Shown one piece after another: positions 60,436 to 64,000 of a stretch of DNA of 64,000 nt (position 1 is its first letter; the number at the start of each line of letters is the position of its first letter). The position numbers and the translations under genes are program-made. The stretch covers positions 137,859-201,858 of the forward strand of contig CAVPNY010000020.1 in NCBI GenBank assembly GCA_963706905.1. Reading direction: 5' to 3'. The DNA comes from an uncultured Chloroflexia bacterium (GTDB taxonomy: Bacteria > Chloroflexota > Anaerolineae > Anaerolineales > UBA4823). Below the pieces are notes generated by a model. That model did not search any database and was not told where the DNA came from. It was given only the letters and a program-made list of their open reading frames with translations.

Positions 60436-63400
60436 ATGCAAAATCATCTTTTTTGGATTCATTCAATTCGCCGGTTGGGGACAGCTGCGTTGCTAGCTGG
60501 ATTGGTGCTGGCTGGATTGGGCGCTCAGGTCACTCAAGCTGGTACGCCAGATAAAAGTGTCACACCCCGGCCGCCGCTGCTGACAGAGACGGTCAGCGCA
60601 GGCAGTTCACATACCTGTGGGATAAAAAACGATCAGACCTTGGCCTGTTGGGGGAACAATGCCAGCGGTCAGGCAACACCACCAGCGGGGGCATTCACCC
60701 AGGTGAGTGCCGGAGGAAATCATACTTGCGGATTGATGGCCGATGGTACATTGGCGTGTTGGGGTTCCAACGCTAGCGGCCAATCCACGCCTCCCACCGG
60801 GATCTTCGCCCAGGTCAGCGCGGGCGCTAGCCATACCTGCGCGATCCGAACAGATGGTACGATTGCCTGTTGGGGCAGTGATGCCAGTGGACAGGCAACT
60901 CCGCCGGTCGGGATATTTACTCAGGTCAGCGCCGGGGAGCTGCATACCTGCGGATATGAAAAACGATGCAAGCCTGGCTTGTTGGGGGAGTAATACCAAC
61001 GGCCAGTCCTCACCTCCAGTTGGGACATACACACAGGTTGAATCGGGCGGATACCATACCTGTGCGTTAAAGACAGATGGCACCCTGGTTTGCTGGGGTG
61101 ATAACCGCAACGGGCAAACCTTAACACCAGCGGGCACCTTCACTCAGATCAGTAGCGGTTACTGGCATAGCTGCGCTGTGCAGAGTAATGGCGAAGCGGT
61201 CTGTTGGGGCGACAACCGCAATGGTCAGGCAGCTCCACCGACGCTCTACGCCGGCGCTTATCTACAGGTGAGCGCTGGGCGCTACCACACCTGCGCTGTC
61301 AGAGATGATAGTACACTCAACTGCTGGGGGCGTAATACCTCTGGCCAGGCTCCGACTCTGGCTATCAGCCCAGCCAGTCTACCCTTTGGCGAGGTTGGCT
61401 TGGGCTACAACCAATCCTTGAGCGGGGGCAATGGTACTGCCCCCTACTCATTCAGCCGGGTTTCTGGAAGCCTGCCCCCAGGGTTGGGTCTTTCTGTTGG
61501 TGGATTGATAAGCGGCACACCAACACTGGGTGGCTTGTATACCTTCGCGGTGCAGGTAACAGACGTATCGCCGTTACCTTTCTCATTCCAGCACCAGTAC
61601 GATCTAACGGTGATCATAAATACCCCACCGCAGGCAGACGACGACGCTTTCACGGTGAGCGAGGACTCAGCAAATAATCCATTCGATGTTTTGGCCGGCG
61701 ACACAGATATCGACGACGACCCGTTGACTGTCTCAGCAGTGGCTGACCCGCCGCATGGAACCACGCTCGACAATAATACCAATGTGCTCTATTCTCCTGA
61801 TCCTGGCTATGTAGGGGCGGATTCCTTTACTTACACCGTTTCAGATGGGATGGGCGGCAGCGATACAGCAACCGTTACGGTCACTGTGACCAATGTCAAT
61901 GATGCGCCGGTTGCTGATGATGATACGTTTACGGTGACTGAAGACACTTCGAATAATAGCCTGGATGTGCTCAACGGCGATATCGATGTGGAGGGCGATC
62001 CATTGACCATCACGTCTGTTACTGACCCGCCGCGAGGTACGGTGGTAAATAACTCCACCAGTGTGAGCTACACCCCTGACCCGAATTTCTACGGATCTGA
62101 TTCTTTCTTCTATACCGTCTCGGATGGGAATGGTGGAAGCGATACGGCCAAAGTAACCGTTACGGTGACCAATGTCAATGACCCGCCTACCGCGGATGAT
62201 GATGCATTCACTGTTAACGAAGATTCATCGAACAACTCTCTGGCTGTGCTGGTTGGCGATGCTGATCCAGAAGGCAATCCGCTGGTGGTAGATTCAGTAA
62301 GCGACCCGCCACATGGCACTGCGGTGGACAACAACTCCAATATCCTATACACCCCGGAGGCCAATTTCTTCGGGACAGATACCTTTACTTATACCATTAC
62401 GGATTACCGCGGTGGGTATGCTACCGCGACGGTGACGGTCACGGTGCGTAATGTCAATGACCCGCCGGTGGCAGGCGATGATAGCTTCACTGTCAATGAG
62501 GACAGTTCGAATAATGTCCTGGACGTACTAGATGGTGATACGGACTTGGACGGCAATCCATTACAGGTTGCTTCAGTCAATGATCCGCCTCATGGTACAG
62601 GGGTGGATAATAACACGGATATACTTTATACCCCTGACGCCAATTTCACCGGCACTGACACGTTTACCTATAGCATTTCAGATGGCCAGGGCGGCTCAGA
62701 CACAGCCGCGGTGACTGTTACAGTGCGCAATATCAACGATGCGCCGAGCGCAGATGACGATAGCTTTACAGTCAACGAGAACAGCCTTAGCAATGGACTG
62801 GCGGTGCTGGTAGGGGATAGCGATTTGGATGGGGATACCTTGGTAGTGGATGCAGTGGGCGACCCACTACATGGTGTTGCGATTGATGATAACTCCCAGG
62901 TGCTTTACACCCCAGACCTGAATTTTAGTGGTTTGGACACCTTCACGTACACGATATCCGACGGCAACGGCGGGACAGCCAGCGCCACAGTTACTGTTAA
63001 TGTGATCAACGGTAACGACTTCCCGCTGGCTGATGATGACACCTTTACAGTTAATGAGGACAGTGGCAATAATCCCCTCGATGTGCTGAACGGTGACACA
63101 AACTCCGACGGAGATACACTGATTGTCTTGGCGGTTAGTGACCCGTTGCATGGCAGCGCGTTGGATAATAATATCAACGTGCTCTATACACCTGATCCAA
63201 ACTTTAGTGGGACGGATACCTTTACCTACACCATCTCGGACGGTCACGGGGGCACAGACACTGCCACAGTCACGGTAACGGTGATGAATGTGAATAATGA
63301 TGCTCCTTCGGCGGAGGCAGATGCCTTCAGCCTGGATGAGGATAGCAGTGGGAACCCTCTGGAGGTGCTGGCTAATGACACCGACCCGGATGGAGATCTA

Positions 63401-64000
63401 TTGGTCGTTTATTCAGTGAGCGATCCACTGCACGGCACAGCCACTGATAGCGATAACAATATCTATTACACACCCGACCCAAACTTTATCGGTGAGGACA
63501 GCTTTACCTATACTGTTTCGGATGGCAATGACGGTTGGGATACTGCCACGGTGACTGTGACGATGAGCAATGCCAATAACGACGCACCGGAAGCGGACGA
63601 TGACGCCTTTACGATGGCTGAAGACAGCGGTATGGCCTCGCTAGATGTTCTGTCTGGCGACAGCGACTTAGACGGCGATTCTTTAACCGTCTTTTCTGTA
63701 ACCAGCCCGTCACATGGTACAGTGCAGGATGGCGACAGTGCCGTGCTATATACCCCGCAAGCCAATTTCTTTGGAATTGATAGCTTTACTTATACAGTTA
63801 CAGATGGACAGGGCGGTACCGATACGGCTACTGTTGCAATTACCGTTACTCCGGTTAATGACGCGCCTCAGGCAATAGATGATGCCTTCATGGTCGGTGA
63901 TTACCCGGCGCAAAGTGAGCTGGATGTCCTTGAAAACGATAACGACCCAGACGGTGATGTTTTGCACATCTCGGCTGTTAGTAGCCCGGCCAATGGCACA
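60436..64000 (+). CDS. giant secreted protein with RCC1 repeats, an Ig-like domain and tandem ~95-aa cadherin-like/VCBS-type repeats; one frameshift at about 60955; 3' end beyond the window
   Basis: Signal peptide, then RCC1-like repeats (HTCG..DGTLACWG.N..GQ..PP.G.F.QVSAG). The ORF leaves frame at GGA[T]ATGAAAAACGAT (60955). The +1 frame from 60956 continues the repeats (KNDASLACWGSNTNGQSSPP..) and by my hand translation stays open to 64000. From about 61640 there are eight complete units and a partial ninth of (A/G)DDD.FTV.ED..NN.LDVL.GD.D.DGD.L....V.DP.HG.....N....YTPD.NF.G.D.F.YT.SDG.GG.D.A.VTV.V.NVND. Confidence 0.8.

Noticed and set aside
61444-63967. Minus-strand ORFs of 73-126 aa in the last 2.5 kb
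   Set aside because: They are shadow ORFs opposite the open plus-strand frame that encodes the ~95-aa tandem repeats.
1-64000. tRNA, rRNA, riboswitch, prophage or recognisable defence-system genes
   Set aside because: Scanning by eye found no cloverleaf-type T-arm signatures, no rRNA-like segments, and no phage structural, restriction, toxin-antitoxin or cas-like proteins among the translated ORFs. Small RNAs cannot be excluded without a covariance-model search.

Overview
About 64 kb of bacterial chromosome at roughly 55% GC. Most genes are on the minus strand and most have Shine-Dalgarno leaders. The many large secreted repeat proteins (lamin-tail, BNR, PKD, RCC1/cadherin-like), Tat/lipobox signals and an IS21 element suggest a Chloroflexota-like organism, but that is inference only. 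I found no rRNA, tRNA or genuine CRISPR array.

Layout:
- 1-1.4 kb: AT-rich ORFs and a 67-bp tandem hairpin array.
- 1.4-3.4 kb: ECF sigma / anti-sigma pair.
- 3.4-5.5 kb: truncated IS21 element.
- 5.6-9 kb: PadR unit, a YihY gene and a hypothetical gene.
- 9.3-9.9 kb: thioredoxin-fold lipoprotein gene with an in-frame TGA in its redox motif.
- 10-14.5 kb: three lamin-tail paralogs around a BNR-repeat protein.
- 15-20 kb: regulators and membrane proteins.
- 20-24.8 kb: 4.7-kb PKD-repeat gene.
- 25-28 kb: membrane proteins.
- 28-34 kb: PiT, ENPP-like phosphodiesterase and ABC importer.
- 34.6-36.1 kb: decayed esterase gene.
- 36-46.8 kb: co-directional DeoR-headed cluster with duplicated metallophosphoesterase and APC permease genes, a DMGO-like oxidase and a choline-kinase-like gene.
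- 47-60 kb: a second DMGO-like oxidase, tkt, an aminotransferase and assorted genes.
- 60.4 kb to the right edge: RCC1 plus ~95-aa tandem-repeat giant protein.

Main leads:
1. A candidate selenoprotein. The motif reads G-U-P-P-C and a 17-nt hairpin follows the UGA.
2. The duplicated catabolic cassette, which has no obvious assigned pathway.
3. The spacer-less 67-bp hairpin array lying 3' of the anti-sigma gene.

Caveat: I reconstructed about ten single-nucleotide frameshifts by hand. Some are in homopolymers and one is in a housekeeping-type ferritin gene, so sequence quality has to be checked before calling pseudogenes.
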